49,539 nucleotides of DNA from Octopus bimaculoides (GCF_001194135.2 NC_068995.1:5508942-5558480), one strand, 5' to 3'. Shown: positions 1-13,409, numbered from the stretch's first letter. A program made the numbers and translations. The notes: generated by a model from the letters alone, not told the origin.

Positions 1-31
<31 letters not shown>

Positions 32-835
32 CATATATGGCGTGAAGGATCTACATCGGCATCTGTTGTCGCTGCAGTGTCTTCATTAGGAGACAAAACT
101 AATCGAAAAGAATAAATCACTTAGCGATGGAGATTACATTGGACAATGTATTCCTAGATATACTATAACTGCAAGAAAACTCCAGATAACAATGGCGAGA
201 GTGGCTTTGATCGTATTACTACTGTTGGTTAAGGGTTCACTTTGGGTTAAGTGATAAGAACAAGAAGAACCACCAAAACCGCAACAACGGTATACCATCA
301 TCACCACCACCACGACTGCCAAGAACAGAATACATTTTGTTTTTGGATTGGTCTTAGTTCTGCTTAATGGATGTCAACTTTCTGTAGTAGTAGTGGTGGT
401 GGTAGTAGTAACATTAGTATTAGTTGTAATAGTAGTAGCAGCTACAGCCGTCAGCTTTTTTAACAACAGGACTACCTCATCGTGATCTCATCGTCAAAGT
501 AAGGCAACCGATCGGTAGAATTGGTAGCTCGTCAAATATCTTGCAGCATGTGCTCTGGCTGTGTATCCCGTGTTATCATCCAGCCGACTTACGTCCAGCT
601 TACCTTCCATCATTCAGGGATCGATAACACAAAGTAACGGTCAGGTAATGACTTGATTTTACCTTCTCGATTTTTCTTCTTGTCAGAAGATAGTGCACTG
701 CGCTAGACGAACGGTATGGAAGAAAAAAAATCACTCTCCCTTTACTCCGAGATAACCGAGTCTATTCTATTGCCACGAAAGAATGTTGGCACTGAGGGTT
801 TGTCAAAGAAATATAGCATCACCGATGAGGTGAAG

Positions 836-1025
836 CAGAGGTCCCCAAACATTTTAGACCATCGACCTCTGCATAGATTCCTTGACCCCTCATCACCCTC
901 AGGCATGTTCAAGAAAATAAATAAAAATAATAATTAAGTAGATGTGCAGTTTCCACGCCATTCATCGACCCTTTGAATAGTCATCGACCCCCGGGGGTCG
1001 GTATCGACCACTTTGGAGACCCCTG
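836..1025. mobile_element. hAT (Charlie-like) MITE
   Basis: TIRs CAGAGGTCCCCAAA (836-849) and TTTGGAGACCCCTG (1012-1025), 12/14 complementary; degenerate 8-bp TSD AGGTGAAG/ACGTGGAG (6/8); internal perfect 16-bp palindrome at 985-1000. Confidence 0.75.
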
Positions 1026-1409
1026 ACGTGGAGGATTGTGTTGATGGTGCAGAAGAGGTTAGGAATGATACTGAAAAAAAGAGATGGTAATGATGATGGT
1101 CAAAAATCTTATAACTAACCTTACAATATTCAAAACTAGTTTTATCTTATCCTATACGTCTGGCATATTTTTAAAGATTATACGGTATTAGTTATCAGCC
1201 ATATCTAGCGAGAAAGAGGCTTTGTCGCACGTAACCAGTGTATGGAAGCGTGATGCAAATTACTAAAGGTTCATAAGCACAGACACACAACACACATGCA
1301 AATCAGTTAGATAAACTTAACAAGGTATCGTGTCATTTTTCTGTTCTAATAGACAGAAATTCCGAATCCCAAAACAGTGGATTACTTGAGCGGTAAATGT
1401 GTGAGTATA

Positions 1410-1453
<44 letters not shown>

Positions 1454-2812
1454 TCGTACAAGTCTGTGTGTGAATATATATATGTATGTGTTCAACGGTG
1501 TATGTGTATTATCCAATACGTACGAATGCTTGTGTATAGATATACATATGTTTGTGTGTTACTGTTTATATGTGAATAATGTGCGGGTGTACGTGAGAGT
1601 GGAGTTGGTTCCTTTGCAACTTGTATGGATGCTGTGCCGTTACATAATTAGCTTACGACCAATGCTATGTTATTACATCATAACCTTCATTAAGACAAGA
1701 AACGGTAGGTTGTGAAGCGCCAAGATTAATGTTTATATATCAAAGGAAAGACAAACCTGATGAAAAATGGTTGCGAAATTAATTGAATAAAAAGACGAAG
1801 TAGAATCAGTAAGAGACAAGAAGGGAGGGAGGCAGGGAAAGTGAAAGAGAGGAAGAGAAACATTAATATCTAAATAGATAGTGAGAAATAGAGAAACATT
1901 AATAAATACATAGAGACAATGCCAAAGGGAGTGGAGGGGTTTCATAAATAGATACATGGAGACAGAAAGACGATGATGGTAGTTGAGGAGGGGGCAGAGG
2001 GACAGGAAATTAAGGGGGGTGGGTGGAGGTGAGAAAGCGAGTTGTAAATTTCTTACGTTGATATTGCTTTATTGTTACTTTATATGTATATTTTTTTTGT
2101 ATTTTTGGTGTTGATTTGTTATTAGTTTTATAGAAATATCCCTTTGATCTTGAAATTTTTATCTCCTGGATTATACACTTATACCGATACATACATTTGC
2201 ACATAAACATATACATATGTAGAAATATGTGTTGGGGTTTAGAAGTATTTATATAAATACATATATAAATGCATGTGTATATACACACACACAAAGGCCT
2301 TACATAATAGCTAGGAAGAAGATTTTAGTTTAAATTTCATATGTAACTTCAATTAATGCAGGACACACTCACGCACGATATTATATATATATATATATAT
2401 TAGACAATATGCCCATAATCTTAGAGATATTGTAATATATATATACATATATTTACAATTATATATGCATAGACATATATCCACTTACATACACACAAAC
2501 ATATACACAATTCTGAGGACCAATGTGTCTTTCTAAATAATATAATAATTTTCAAGAATTTCGTAACCTGAAATCACGTAGTAGTAGTAGTAGTAGTAGG
2601 AGTAGTAATAGTAGTGGTAGTAGCAGCAGCTATAACAACAACAACAAAAACAAAAATAGTGATAACAAAAGAGGTATTCAACTGAACACCTTTTACTAAA
2701 CTTGAAGCCTACTTTAACATTTAATATATATATATATATATATATAAGTATATATATATATATATATACACATGTGTGTGTGTATGTGTAAGTATACGTT
2801 AGTATGTGTACA

Positions 2813-2851
<39 letters not shown>

Positions 2852-3130
2852 CAAAGCATACAGATATGTATAAGTGTGTATTCATATTATATTAAATAAT
2901 GAAAATTGTTCCATTTGCCATCATCTGTGATAAAAGTCTTGGCACAGGGATAGTGGAGTGTTTCTGAATAATTGAACAAGTTTCATTAATGTTGATGTTG
3001 TTATAATCTATAGAAAATGCTCGTTGTCAGTTAAACAACACGAATATATCTCTGTCTAGTTAAACACTGAATATACAGATTCATACCCAAAGATACACAT
3101 ACGCACTCTTTCCCTCTCTCCCTCATATAT

Positions 3131-3145
3131 ATGTACTTCATACAT

Positions 3146-3183
<38 letters not shown>

Positions 3184-3187
3184 GTAC

Positions 3188-3218
<31 letters not shown>

Positions 3219-3357
3219 TATGTACATATACAAATACAAATACATATACATACACAAATACATATACATATATATTTATATATACAAATACATCTACATA
3301 TACAAATTCATATATGTATATACATACATATATGCATACATATATATAGATACATAC

Positions 3358-3403
<46 letters not shown>

Positions 3404-3489
3404 GTATACATATATATACATATGTATATATTCATAAGTATATATACATATGCATATATATACATGTATATATAAATATATACATACAT
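3131..3489. repeat. Compound (TA)n/(CA)n/(TACA)n microsatellite
   Basis: Directly visible; produces the YIYI/HTHT pseudo-ORFs. Confidence 0.95.
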
Positions 3490-3739
3490 ATGGTGGTGGT
3501 TGTCTACTCCTTACACAGAGTTTGACCACCTCCTGCACCTACACCTTAGCCCTTTCATGGCGTCTGATGTGGCTTTTTAAACCAGACAGTGTTTTGAAAA
3601 AACACCCACACAGATTGCACCTCTGATTTGTACCTGCAGGTAAGTTCTGCTCATTGTGGATCCTAACATGTCTTTTAAGACCCGCATTGGATTTGCAAGC
3701 CCTCTGGCACACACCACATTCAAACGTGTGCACGGACAT
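3490..3739 (-). mobile_element. 5'-truncated LINE-like (probably RTE-class) 3' end encoding two C2H2 zinc fingers
   Basis: Minus frame 3739-3539 reads MSVHTFECGVCQRACKSNAGLKRHVRIHNEQNLPAGTNQRCNLCGCFFKTLSGLKSHIRRHERAKV*, two exact C-X2-C-X12-H-X3-H motifs. The linker is not TGEKP. A 3' UTR of about 50 nt ends in (ACC)3 and the segment is embedded in microsatellite. The fingers are certain; the LINE origin is inferred. Confidence 0.6.
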
Positions 3740-3745
3740 ACATAT

Positions 3746-3826
<81 letters not shown>

Positions 3827-3847
3827 CATACGTATATATATACATAC

Positions 3848-3996
3848 ATTCTGTGCCACGCTGAATTTCCCAGGGAACTACGTTGAGGGTAGTCGTGTCT
3901 GTGGAGAGCTCAGGCACTTGCAAGTCAATTTCACGTCCAAGCTGTTCCGTTGATTGGATCAACTGGAACCCTTGTCGTCGTAAATGACGGAGTACC
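3848..3996 (+). mobile_element. SINE family C, 5'-truncated copy
   Basis: Aligns to the reverse complement of about 44346-44495 (shared ...TTGCA(A/C)GT(C/T)AATTTCA...CAAGCTGTTCCGTTGATT...GTCGTCGTAA..GACGGAG). Confidence 0.85.
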
Positions 3997-4199
3997 AGTT
4001 ATGTGTATGTATGAAATGTTGACGATCTCGTCTCAAGCTCAACGCTTTCCGTGAATCATATTCTGTTACACTGTGTATTCTAAGAAGCAGCCTAAAAAAT
4101 CATTACAATCCTATGATAACAACAATAATTGCTGTTATTACTATTACAACTGATAACGTCCCAAACAACCGTTCTTACATTTCGGATAATATTGATTTC

Positions 4200-4385
4200 T
4201 GAGAAGGCCAGAAATTTGGGGAGAATCGATTATATCGATCCCAATACTTGCCTGATAGTTAATTTTTAGCGACCCCGTTCGGATGAAAGGAAAATTTGAT
4301 CCCAGGGAGATTTGACCTCAGAACGCAAATATCTAGAACAGATAACGTACAGCATTTTATCTGAGGCCCTAACGATTCTCCAATA
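4200..4385 (-). mobile_element. SINE family A, diverged copy
   Basis: Matches the reverse complement of 36471-36685 (ATCGATCCCAATAC, GACCCCG..GGATGAAAGG, ATTTGACCTCAGAACG, CTAACGATTCT). Confidence 0.7.
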
Positions 4386-4659
4386 CACCTCTCACCTCTC
4401 TCTCCCTCTCTTCTCACATAGACATACACACAGACTCTAGTACGTGTGTTGCATTTAACCGTTGCAGTTCAAATAGAGGAGAAGCTCATCAAGATATAAA
4501 ACATGGAAGAGTGAATGAATAGTAAATAACTAACTTTGTAAAGGAGTTGAACGCCTGCGACGTTTGTCAATTTTAAATTTCGAGCGGCTACTTTCATCGC
4601 AATAAATAAATTCCTTTCTAGGTTTGGATGGTTACAAGAAAACATGAAGTTTAATTTGA

Positions 4660-4810
4660 GGTGAAGCGCCGCTCAGTTCAATTCAGCAAAGGTTGACTTT
4701 GCATTTTATCATGCGGGTTCAATAAAATAAGTTCCAGTTGAATATTGTGGTCAGTGTAATCGACTTTACCACTCTCCCGATATTGTTGGCCCTGTACCAA
4801 AATTTGAAAT
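4660..4810 (+). mobile_element. SINE family A, diverged 3' part
   Basis: CAGTTCAATTC..AAGGTTGACTTTGC..AATAAAATAAGTTCCAGTT..GTAATCGACT..AAAATTTGAAAT motifs in family order. Confidence 0.65.
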
Positions 4811-4812
4811 CA

Positions 4813-4844
<32 letters not shown>

Positions 4845-5039
4845 ACATACATACATACATACATACATACATACATTCATGTATATATGAATACATGCGT
4901 GTACGTATGTACGTGCATATGAAAATATATCTAGCTTGATATTTAGAAATGGAGCAAATGCTGAAGGAAAATATGGATACATTATAAACACAGACAGACA
5001 GATATAGAGTCAGACATATTGACAGAGACAGACAGACAC

Positions 5040-5070
<31 letters not shown>

Positions 5071-6037
5071 CAGATAGATAGATAGATAGATATGATAAGG
5101 GAGAAAAATATTCCTAGAAAGCGAGAAAGAGGCAGAAAGGAAGTGAGTGCTGTATGGTGGAGGGAAATATGGTTAGCGAGAGTGAAAGACAGCTTTAGAG
5201 AGAGAACTTCAGAGTGATTGAGAAATAGATAGAGAGAGAGATAAAGAGAGAAGAGAAATGTTGAAACTATATAGAGAGTGGAGAGAAAGTGTGAGAGGGA
5301 AAAAACGGGTGAGAGTAGCAGGAGATATTTTAAAGATGAAGTGTATGAGTGTACATCAGTAAATTTGCGTCTAGAGATATCTTTGGATAGTCTCAGTTCT
5401 TCAATATGATAATTCTTCATGTTGAACCAAAAACCAAAGTTTATCGCTGTTTCGTTTCTTTACTTCTCGCTTCACCATCATTTTCTTTCTTTCTTTCGAT
5501 TTTGCTTTACAATTCGGTTATCAGAGTAAAAGAGGAAAAGATTAGGAAAGCAATTTATTGAATAGAAAATTGGTAAATATTGCGAATCTGCATGCGCGAC
5601 AATGTTTTAGAACTTGTTAACGAAGACCTATTTTGTCTTGTCTTTTTTTTGTTGTTTCTCTGTACTTTTGGTATTAGATATAAAAAAAGAAAAATTCTTT
5701 GTTCATTCACAAAGTTTAGTTCAAATATGAAGAAAATTCTAATAGCAGCACTCGACTTCCCCTTTATATTAATGGAAGCCCTGAAATCCATCTTCACTGA
5801 AAGTATTTGCTGATAAAGAAAATGATACATCCCTCCACTCTGTCCTTCTCTCNNNNNNNNNNNNNNNNNNNNNNNNNNNNNNNNNNNNNNNNNNNNNNNN
5901 NNNNNNNNNNNNNNNNNNNNNNNNNNNNNNNNNNNNNNNNNNNNNNNNNNNNNNNNNNNNNNNNNNNNNNNNNNNNNNNNNNNNNNNNNNNNNNNNNNNN
6001 NNNNNNNNNNNNNNNNNNNNNNNNNNNNNNNNNNNNN

Positions 6038-6092
<55 letters not shown>

Positions 6093-6559
6093 CCTAGACT
6101 TACATATATATTATACGTATATCTGTATAGTACATATACAGACACACACACACATACATATATATATACACAAACATATACATGCATATAAATGTATATA
6201 CGCACAATACATAATTATATACATACGTTGAGAGATAGATAGATTTGTTTATATATTATGAAACGGTGAAAGGCTATTTTTTCTAAGGTAGTCTGGCACC
6301 ATCAGAGGTAGTGACCTTGCCCTGAGGTGTCGAAATAACTTTGGTATCCTGTTGGCAGCTGATGAGAGAAATTTCTCCAATTATTGCTTTCATATTAATT
6401 GTAGGACCATTCTTGCCATTGTTTAATAAATATACAGCTTTAGCTCCAATTACCTATTGAATCGTTATACATTCTAACTGGTACAATCGCTGGTAACTAT
6501 TATGTAAAATCAGTTTTATTGGCTGACAAATTTCGTTTGTCCCTGTCTCCTTGAGTGAT

Positions 6560-6846
6560 GATGATATGTGTGGTGTTGGTGGTGGTGATGGTGGTGATAT
6601 ATGTATGTGATGTTGAGAAGGATTGTGGTGACTGACAATGTTGAAGACGGAACGTTTTGGCAAGGATTGAAACTGGATGAGGAAGTCGGACTGGCGTAAA
6701 TGTTTGAAGACGTCAGTTGCACGTATGATGATGAGGATGATGATGATGGTGATGATGGTGATGATGGTGATGACTAGCGGTGTTAGTGGTGGTGGTGGTG
6801 CTGCTGGTGATGATGATGATAATCTGGACGCCGATGAAGGCAGTAC

Positions 6847-6883
<37 letters not shown>

Positions 6884-6960
6884 AATGCTGATGACAACGA
6901 CGACGACAGAGTTGTTCATGGCAACAATGAATGCAATGACGTCGACGTAGACGATGGCAA
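6560..6960. repeat. Degenerate (GAT)n/(GGT)n trinucleotide low-complexity tract
   Basis: Directly visible; gives poly-D, poly-H, poly-S and poly-I in different frames. Confidence 0.85.
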
Positions 6961-7055
6961 ATGAGACATGTTGAAAAAATCTAATATGGATAGAAGGTGA
7001 TGAAGACAGCGATTAAAGAATTAGCAACACTGCAGATATGATAATGACTGTGCGC

Positions 7056-7117
<62 letters not shown>

Positions 7118-8066
7118 ACGAGTTGAATATTTTTAATAAATGGAATGGAAAAACAGAAAATGTAAACAAAAAGAATTTGACAAGAAAATTAGTGAAATTA
7201 ATTTCTTATCTTTTCAATAACTGGCTCATATTGACACGGAATAAGATGTGTAAATAACAACCACCACCACCACCACCACCGCCACAACCACAACACAAGC
7301 AACAGCCATACAATCTATTAACAACAACTGAGACAAAACAATAACAACAACTACGACAAGAACGACGACACAACTAAGTAATAAACAATTTATAGAAACA
7401 ACATTACATCTAACGTCAACAACAATACGAACATCACCACCACCACTATCGCTGACAAAAGCACAATGAAATCACCACAACCTGAACCAACAAAGACATG
7501 TAGACTGCCATCAACACCAACCGCCATGCAGCTAGCATCAGCTAGTTTTACAACGGCGTAACTAGTAACAAGAATGCAAGAAGAACTCTAACATTATAAT
7601 TATCACCTCCACAATTATCATTACTTCAAATGACATCTCTACAGCCTCAGTGAGAGGTTTGAGCCGCTAGAAATAGCAGCCAAATTTACCGCAAATAACA
7701 CTTTGAAGTCTAAAATTGGATGTACATGCATGAAAGATGAAACCTTGAAGACGTTTTAGCAGGAATGAGGGGATGGCGGTATGATGAATAGATTTTAATC
7801 ATGGGTCTGGCTCCATCAGAAATGACCTGGGGTTATAAAACCCATCAACAATATTGCCAACAACGACACTAGCATTAACACAAGACACATCAACCTTACC
7901 ACTATTACTACTACTAACAAAACAACTACTACCATCACCACCACTGACAAAGACCACAAAACAGGTGGCCGTTTGTATTTCAATTTGCTAAACTTTTTAA
8001 ACATTAATAGAAAGTATTAATGAAGAGAAAAGAGGGAGAAAAGAGAGGGGAGAGACTATATATACA

Positions 8067-8126
<60 letters not shown>

Positions 8127-8130
8127 ATAC

Positions 8131-8164
<34 letters not shown>

Positions 8165-8219
8165 ATACATATGTATGCATATATACATATATACATGCAT
8201 ACATATATATATGTACATG

Positions 8220-8252
<33 letters not shown>

Positions 8253-9607
8253 ACAAATATGTATGCGTGTATATATGCACAAAAATAACAAAAGTGTAAT
8301 AAAAATATAATTAAGAAACGACTATTTTTGTCTTTCTGTCATTTTATTTGGAAAATTTCTCATTTTCAAATTCATAATAATATTCCATTTTATTTGTTTC
8401 TTCTTTATTTTTTTATTAAAATATTTGTTAAAGCAATTTTTCTTTTTTATTTTGTTATAGTATATTAATTATTTGTTAAAGTAATTTTATTCTTTCTTTT
8501 GTTGTTTGTTATATTAATTATTTCTTAAAGTAATATTATTGTTTTTGTCTTTTACATTTAATTTGCTTTGTTATTTTGTATATGTTTTCAAAAAGTTGAT
8601 GCATTTAGTAAATTGGAAATAAAAATGTGAATAATACCCAAGGAAAGAACGTAAAACCGTCTGTGTTTCTAACTCTATGTGCGTACGGCTTTATGTCTTG
8701 TTTGGTTTATAAATTTCACAGAAATGGAATTTCAGAAAGACGCTGAATATCTCTCTACCTCTCTCACGCGTAATCACATATAAATACACTCATAAAAGGA
8801 TATAAACACACACACGCACGCACAGAGAAAGAGGTGATACAAGAGAAAAACGCGTTCGAGGTAGTGTAACGGTGACGATTCCAAGGAGGGAGAACAGGGT
8901 ATGAAAGTGGAATGGGACAAAAGAGTGGGTAAATGAGGGAGAAAAGGAGGTTGGAAATAAAAGTTAGAAAGAATGTTTTAATGGGAAGAATAAAATGAAT
9001 AAAGATAAAAGAATAAAGTTAAAAGAATAAAGTTAAAAGAATAAGAGAAATGTCGGATTTTTAGTTGGCGAGTGAATGTTTATTTAAATTACTAATTTCA
9101 AGAAGTCGTCGACAATAGCCATTAGAACTACAGCAGCTATAGCTATAATGAAAATAAAAACAAATATTACAAAAAAATCAATTAAAACACCCCCACACCC
9201 TTTATTGTCCAGGAAAAATGTGAAAGAATAAGAGAGAAGAAAGCCGTTTTGCTCACAATTTAATTTACACTCAATCAAAGTGGAACGATATTAATATTTG
9301 CTTTGTTTAGTTTTATTTCCAAATAATTCCATTGGAGCAGAAATATGGCAGGAAGAAGAAGAAAAAGATGAAGAAGAAGTAGAAGTAAATAAAGGTGGTT
9401 ACTGAGTTTGAATTCGATCGTATGCTGTGACTGGATGGAGAGGAGGGGTACTAACTGATATAGCAGCACTTACCCTTTATCTGTGTGAGAGAAACAACTT
9501 TTTCTGTACACTTTCTCTCTTTCTGACAAATATTTTGTCTCCGAAACGTCAGATTCTTTTCGTCTTTACGATAATGCAACATATTTAAAGCCAAAGAACT
9601 TTATTGC

Positions 9608-9669
<62 letters not shown>

Positions 9670-10403
9670 TGATAGAAAATTGAATGTACAACATTATTTA
9701 AAGCTACTACAATTGTTTCGATATATTTTTGCACCCGTAATACATAGTGAGATGTGTAATCATTGTCATGCAACCGAGGCGTAAAATGCACCTCCCCAGG
9801 TGATTCCTGAAATAAGTCCTTCGTTAGATCCTACCATCATTTCACTAAGTGTGAGAATTCATACTCAATATGATGTGTCATTTTCCTCTCTTTACAGACG
9901 AAACTAAATATATAGATATAGTGACAGGCAAAATACAATTATAGTAAAAATACAGAAACAAAGAAATAGAAAATAAGCAGAAAAATACAATATTCTCATG
10001 TCTACAACTAAGACAACAAAACTTTCTCTTTTTTTTTTTTGCACTGACAGGCGAAGATTAGTGTCCTAAAACCGTACAGATTCTAAAGCAGCCAAATAAA
10101 ATCAGGGATTAATTTGTTAGTATCCAATACTGAAAACGAACAGTGTGTCTTCAACCATTAAAAGAATTCAGGGAAGAATGTGATCAGGTGCAATCGTTGT
10201 GAGAAGTAAAGATTGTTAATTTTCGGGACTCTGCTTTTTATGACATAGTGAAGAAAAATAAAACTGTTGCTTTGATTATGGATTAGTAAGTGAGATATTA
10301 TACCGATGAACACTATGCATATTTTGGCATTTCCCCAGCACTACCGACATTCTACTGAAGGAGTTCTTTGAGTATCTATAACTGGGCTGCTTGAAGCAGT
10401 AAA

Positions 10404-10622
10404 TATTCTTTTCTACCCGAGGCACAAGGCCCGAAATTTTGAGGGAGGAGGCCAATCGATTTGATCGACCCCAGTACGCAACTGGTGCTTAATTTATCGA
10501 CCCCGAAAAGATGAAAGGCAAAGTTGACCTCGGTGGAATTTGAACTTAGAAGGTAAAGACAGACGAAATACCGCTAAGCATTTCACCCGGCGTGCTAACG
10601 TTTCTGCTGTCTCGCCGCCTTT
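10404..10622 (-). mobile_element. SINE family A (tRNA-derived), full length
   Basis: Reverse complement starts AAGGCGGCGAGACAGCAGAAACGTTAGCACGCCGGG, has a B-box-like AAGTTCAAATTCC, a central GGTCAACTTTGCCTTTCATC..GGGGTCGATAAATTAAG domain and 3' GGCCTTGTGCC..GTAGAAAAG. Confidence 0.9.
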
Positions 10623-11671
10623 GAACCTGTAAATATTATGTTCGCAATGATAATAGTTTCATATTGTTTCTCCTCCCTTTTTAACACTGTTACATTGTGT
10701 CAAACATTCCACCCATCCCAATCTGGTGCCGTTTAAGCGTAGTAAGTATATAGTCTTTTATAATATGCGTTACGTTATGTCTGCTGAGACATGAAACAAC
10801 AATAAATAAAGTATTTTCATATCCCACCATTGTTTGCTTTCAAGTCTTGTGATTACAAGTATTTCATTGTCATTATTATGTTGCAGACGGAGGAAGAGGA
10901 GGAGTTTCCGAAAGAGAGAGTCATTGAGGAAATGGAAGAGAAAGAGAAAATTCATCATGTGAGAAAAAGGAGGAATATAGGAAATGTAAATAATAAGGAT
11001 ATAAAATACTTCCTTTTGCGTTGCTCCAGTCAACTCAGCTTAAACTGGGTAGCTTTTCAATCACGGTGACTGCTGGCCTATACGCCCAGACAGCGGGGTG
11101 GCATCGTCCGAAAGCTAAAACGATGAAAAGGGCATCGTGACGAGATTTGTATAACATTCGATAGTCTTGTTGATCGCATGATGACCTCAGACATATAGAT
11201 ACACATACACAAGTACGTATACACAGTATGACAGAATACACGGTATCACAGAACGTTTGATTCCAAATGTCATTGGAATGATCACTACATTGTGAATAAA
11301 CGTGGGTAGGGTGAAATAGCTACTAAGGTATTGAGAATTAAGACAAGGTGTTTATACTTGTCTTAATAAAGCGTAATACTATCTAGTATAGTATAGATAA
11401 ACTGATGGATTACATATATACAAAATTGATGGATTACACACGCACATATACATATATATATATATATATATATAAATATGTATATATAAATCTCTATATG
11501 TGTAAATATGCATTCATAAACACATATATAAAATACGTATATATTTATACATGTGTACACAATCTGTGTGCGTACACATAATATATATGTATGGATATGT
11601 ATATATATATATATATATTCTTTTATACAAATATAGATATAGACAAGTATATATATATAGTACGAATACAA

Positions 11672-11710
<39 letters not shown>

Positions 11711-12544
11711 NNNNNNNNNNNNNNNNNNNNNNNNNNNNNNNNNNNNNNNNNNNNNNNNNNNNNNNNNNNNNNNNNNNNNNNNNNNNNNNNNNNNNNNNNN
11801 NNNNNNNNNNNNNNNNNNNNNNNNNNNNNNNNNNNNNNNNNNNNNNNNNNNNNNNNNNNNNNNNNNNNNNNNNNNNNNNNNNNNNNNNNNNNNNNNNNNN
11901 NNNNNNNNNNNNNNNNNNNNNNNNNNNNNNNNNNNNNNNNNNNNNNNNNNNNNNNNNNNNNNNNNNNNNNNNNNNNNNNNNNNNNNNNNNNNNNNNNNNN
12001 NNNNNNNNNNNNNNNNNNNNNNNNNNNNNNNNNNNNNNNNNNNNNNNNNNNNNNNNNNNNNNNNNNNNNNNNNNNNNNNNNNNNNNNNNNNNNNNNNNNN
12101 NNNNNNNNNNNNNNNNNNNNNNNNNNNNNNNNNNNNNNNNNNNNNNNNNNNNNNNNNNNNNNNNNNNNNNNNNNNNNNNNNNNNNNNNNNNNNNNNNNNN
12201 NNNNNNNNNNNNNNNNNNNNNNNNNNNNNNNNNNNNNNNNNNNNNNNNNNNNNNNNNNNNNNNNNNNNNNNNNNNNNNNNNNNNNNNNNNNNNNNNNNNN
12301 NNNNNNNNNNNNNNNNNNNNNNNNNNNNNNNNNNNNNNNNNNNNNNNNNNNNNNNNNNNNNNNNNNNNNNNNNNNNNNNNNNNNNNNNNNNNNNNNNNNN
12401 NNNNNNNNNNNNNNNNNNNNNNNNNNNNNNNNNNNNNNNNNNNNNNNNNNNNNNNNNNNNNNNNNNNNNNNNNNNNNNNNNNNNNNATGTAACATATCGA
12501 GTTGTTACTAATCCGTCTTGAAAAGGAGAGAACTGCTACTACTA

Positions 12545-12546
12545 TG

Positions 12547-12603
<57 letters not shown>
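12545..12603. repeat. (AAT)n microsatellite
   Basis: About 20 perfect units. Confidence 0.98.
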
Positions 12604-12605
<2 letters not shown>

Positions 12606-13072
12606 ATGCCCCGATGCAATACGAGGCAGTGGCTCTCATGGCATCTGATCTTAACTGATTGGAAGTGTCATCATGTGCATTATTTTGTCTTGGTGTAAAA
12701 GATGGTTTACAGCAAATATTCTGCTCGATACCACACGTCTGCTAGTCTGTTGTTTGACCGTAAGTAGTTGAGCATGTCCTTTAGTGGCTGACGATATGTG
12801 CATCTCTGATCACGAGCAGAAGTAGTGGGAGAGCATCATAGCCATGTGTTGAGAGGTATTCTTTGGGGTTTGAATAATTAACCTCTGGAAACAAAGGTGT
12901 TTCGTTCAACATGCTTAAACAAATCTTATTCAGGAACCGTTTGAGCAGACGGGCTACTGAACCTGAAGAAAATTTTAACTGGACCCCACCTGCAAGGTCA
13001 TGCGCTGTTTATCTTGATATGAAATTTTCACCTCAGTGTCACTTTGATGGCATGCTCTGCTCACTCACTCAG
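12606..13072 (+). mobile_element. Interspersed repeat, probable LINE 3' UTR, 5'-truncated, inside an (AAT)n tract
   Basis: GC-richer non-coding block flanked by (AAT)n on both sides; resembles a recalled abundant octopus repeat (GCAGTGGCTCTCATGGC.TCTGATCTTAACTGATTGGAAGTG). Class is inferred. Confidence 0.55.
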
Positions 13073-13082
13073 TGATAATAAT

Positions 13083-13409
13083 AACAAGAGCACTCAGGGA
13101 GCCAGGCCTCCGCCAAGGCATCACCAACATTCTCTCAACGATTAGCCGGAGATTATTCTCATAAACGAGAATACTAAAAATGAACTCGACCGCTCTCAAA
13201 AATTAATTACAAACCAGATAAATAATCCAGAATCCTTGTCTGGAATCTGATCGATTCCAAAATCGAATCACTGCGTGCCAGTCACGTGGCCAAACATCTC
13301 TGAAAGTTTCATCCGAATCCATCCAGCGGTTCTTGAGATATCTTGTCCATGGACAAACAAGCAAACAAACGCGATAGAAAACAATACCCCCGCCTTCGCT
13401 AAGGCAGAA

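Noticed and set aside
134-470. Short hydrophobic ORFs, including MARVALIVLLLLVKG on the plus strand
   Set aside because: Early stops, no convincing splice donor, and partly built from GTA/GTG/CAC triplet runs.
1990-2023. Four G-runs that could form a G-quadruplex
   Set aside because: One loop is 12 nt and the site lies in purine-rich low-complexity DNA with no functional context.
6454-6964. Poly-D, poly-H and poly-S ORFs
   Set aside because: Degenerate GAT/GGT repeats open in several frames on both strands, with no domain or clear splice boundaries.
8414-8550. Three degenerate AT-rich repeats of about 49 bp
   Set aside because: Very low complexity; likely a local slippage duplication.
9468-9560. 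Strong minus-strand donor AAGG|GTAAGT and a CCGAAACGTC motif reminiscent of Penelope ends
   Set aside because: No good acceptor and too little sequence to assign either an exon or an element.
10830-11069. Glu-rich ORF (TEEEEEFPKERVIEEMEEKEK) after an acceptor-like site
   Set aside because: Purine-rich low complexity explains the composition; the donor is weak and no homology is recognised.
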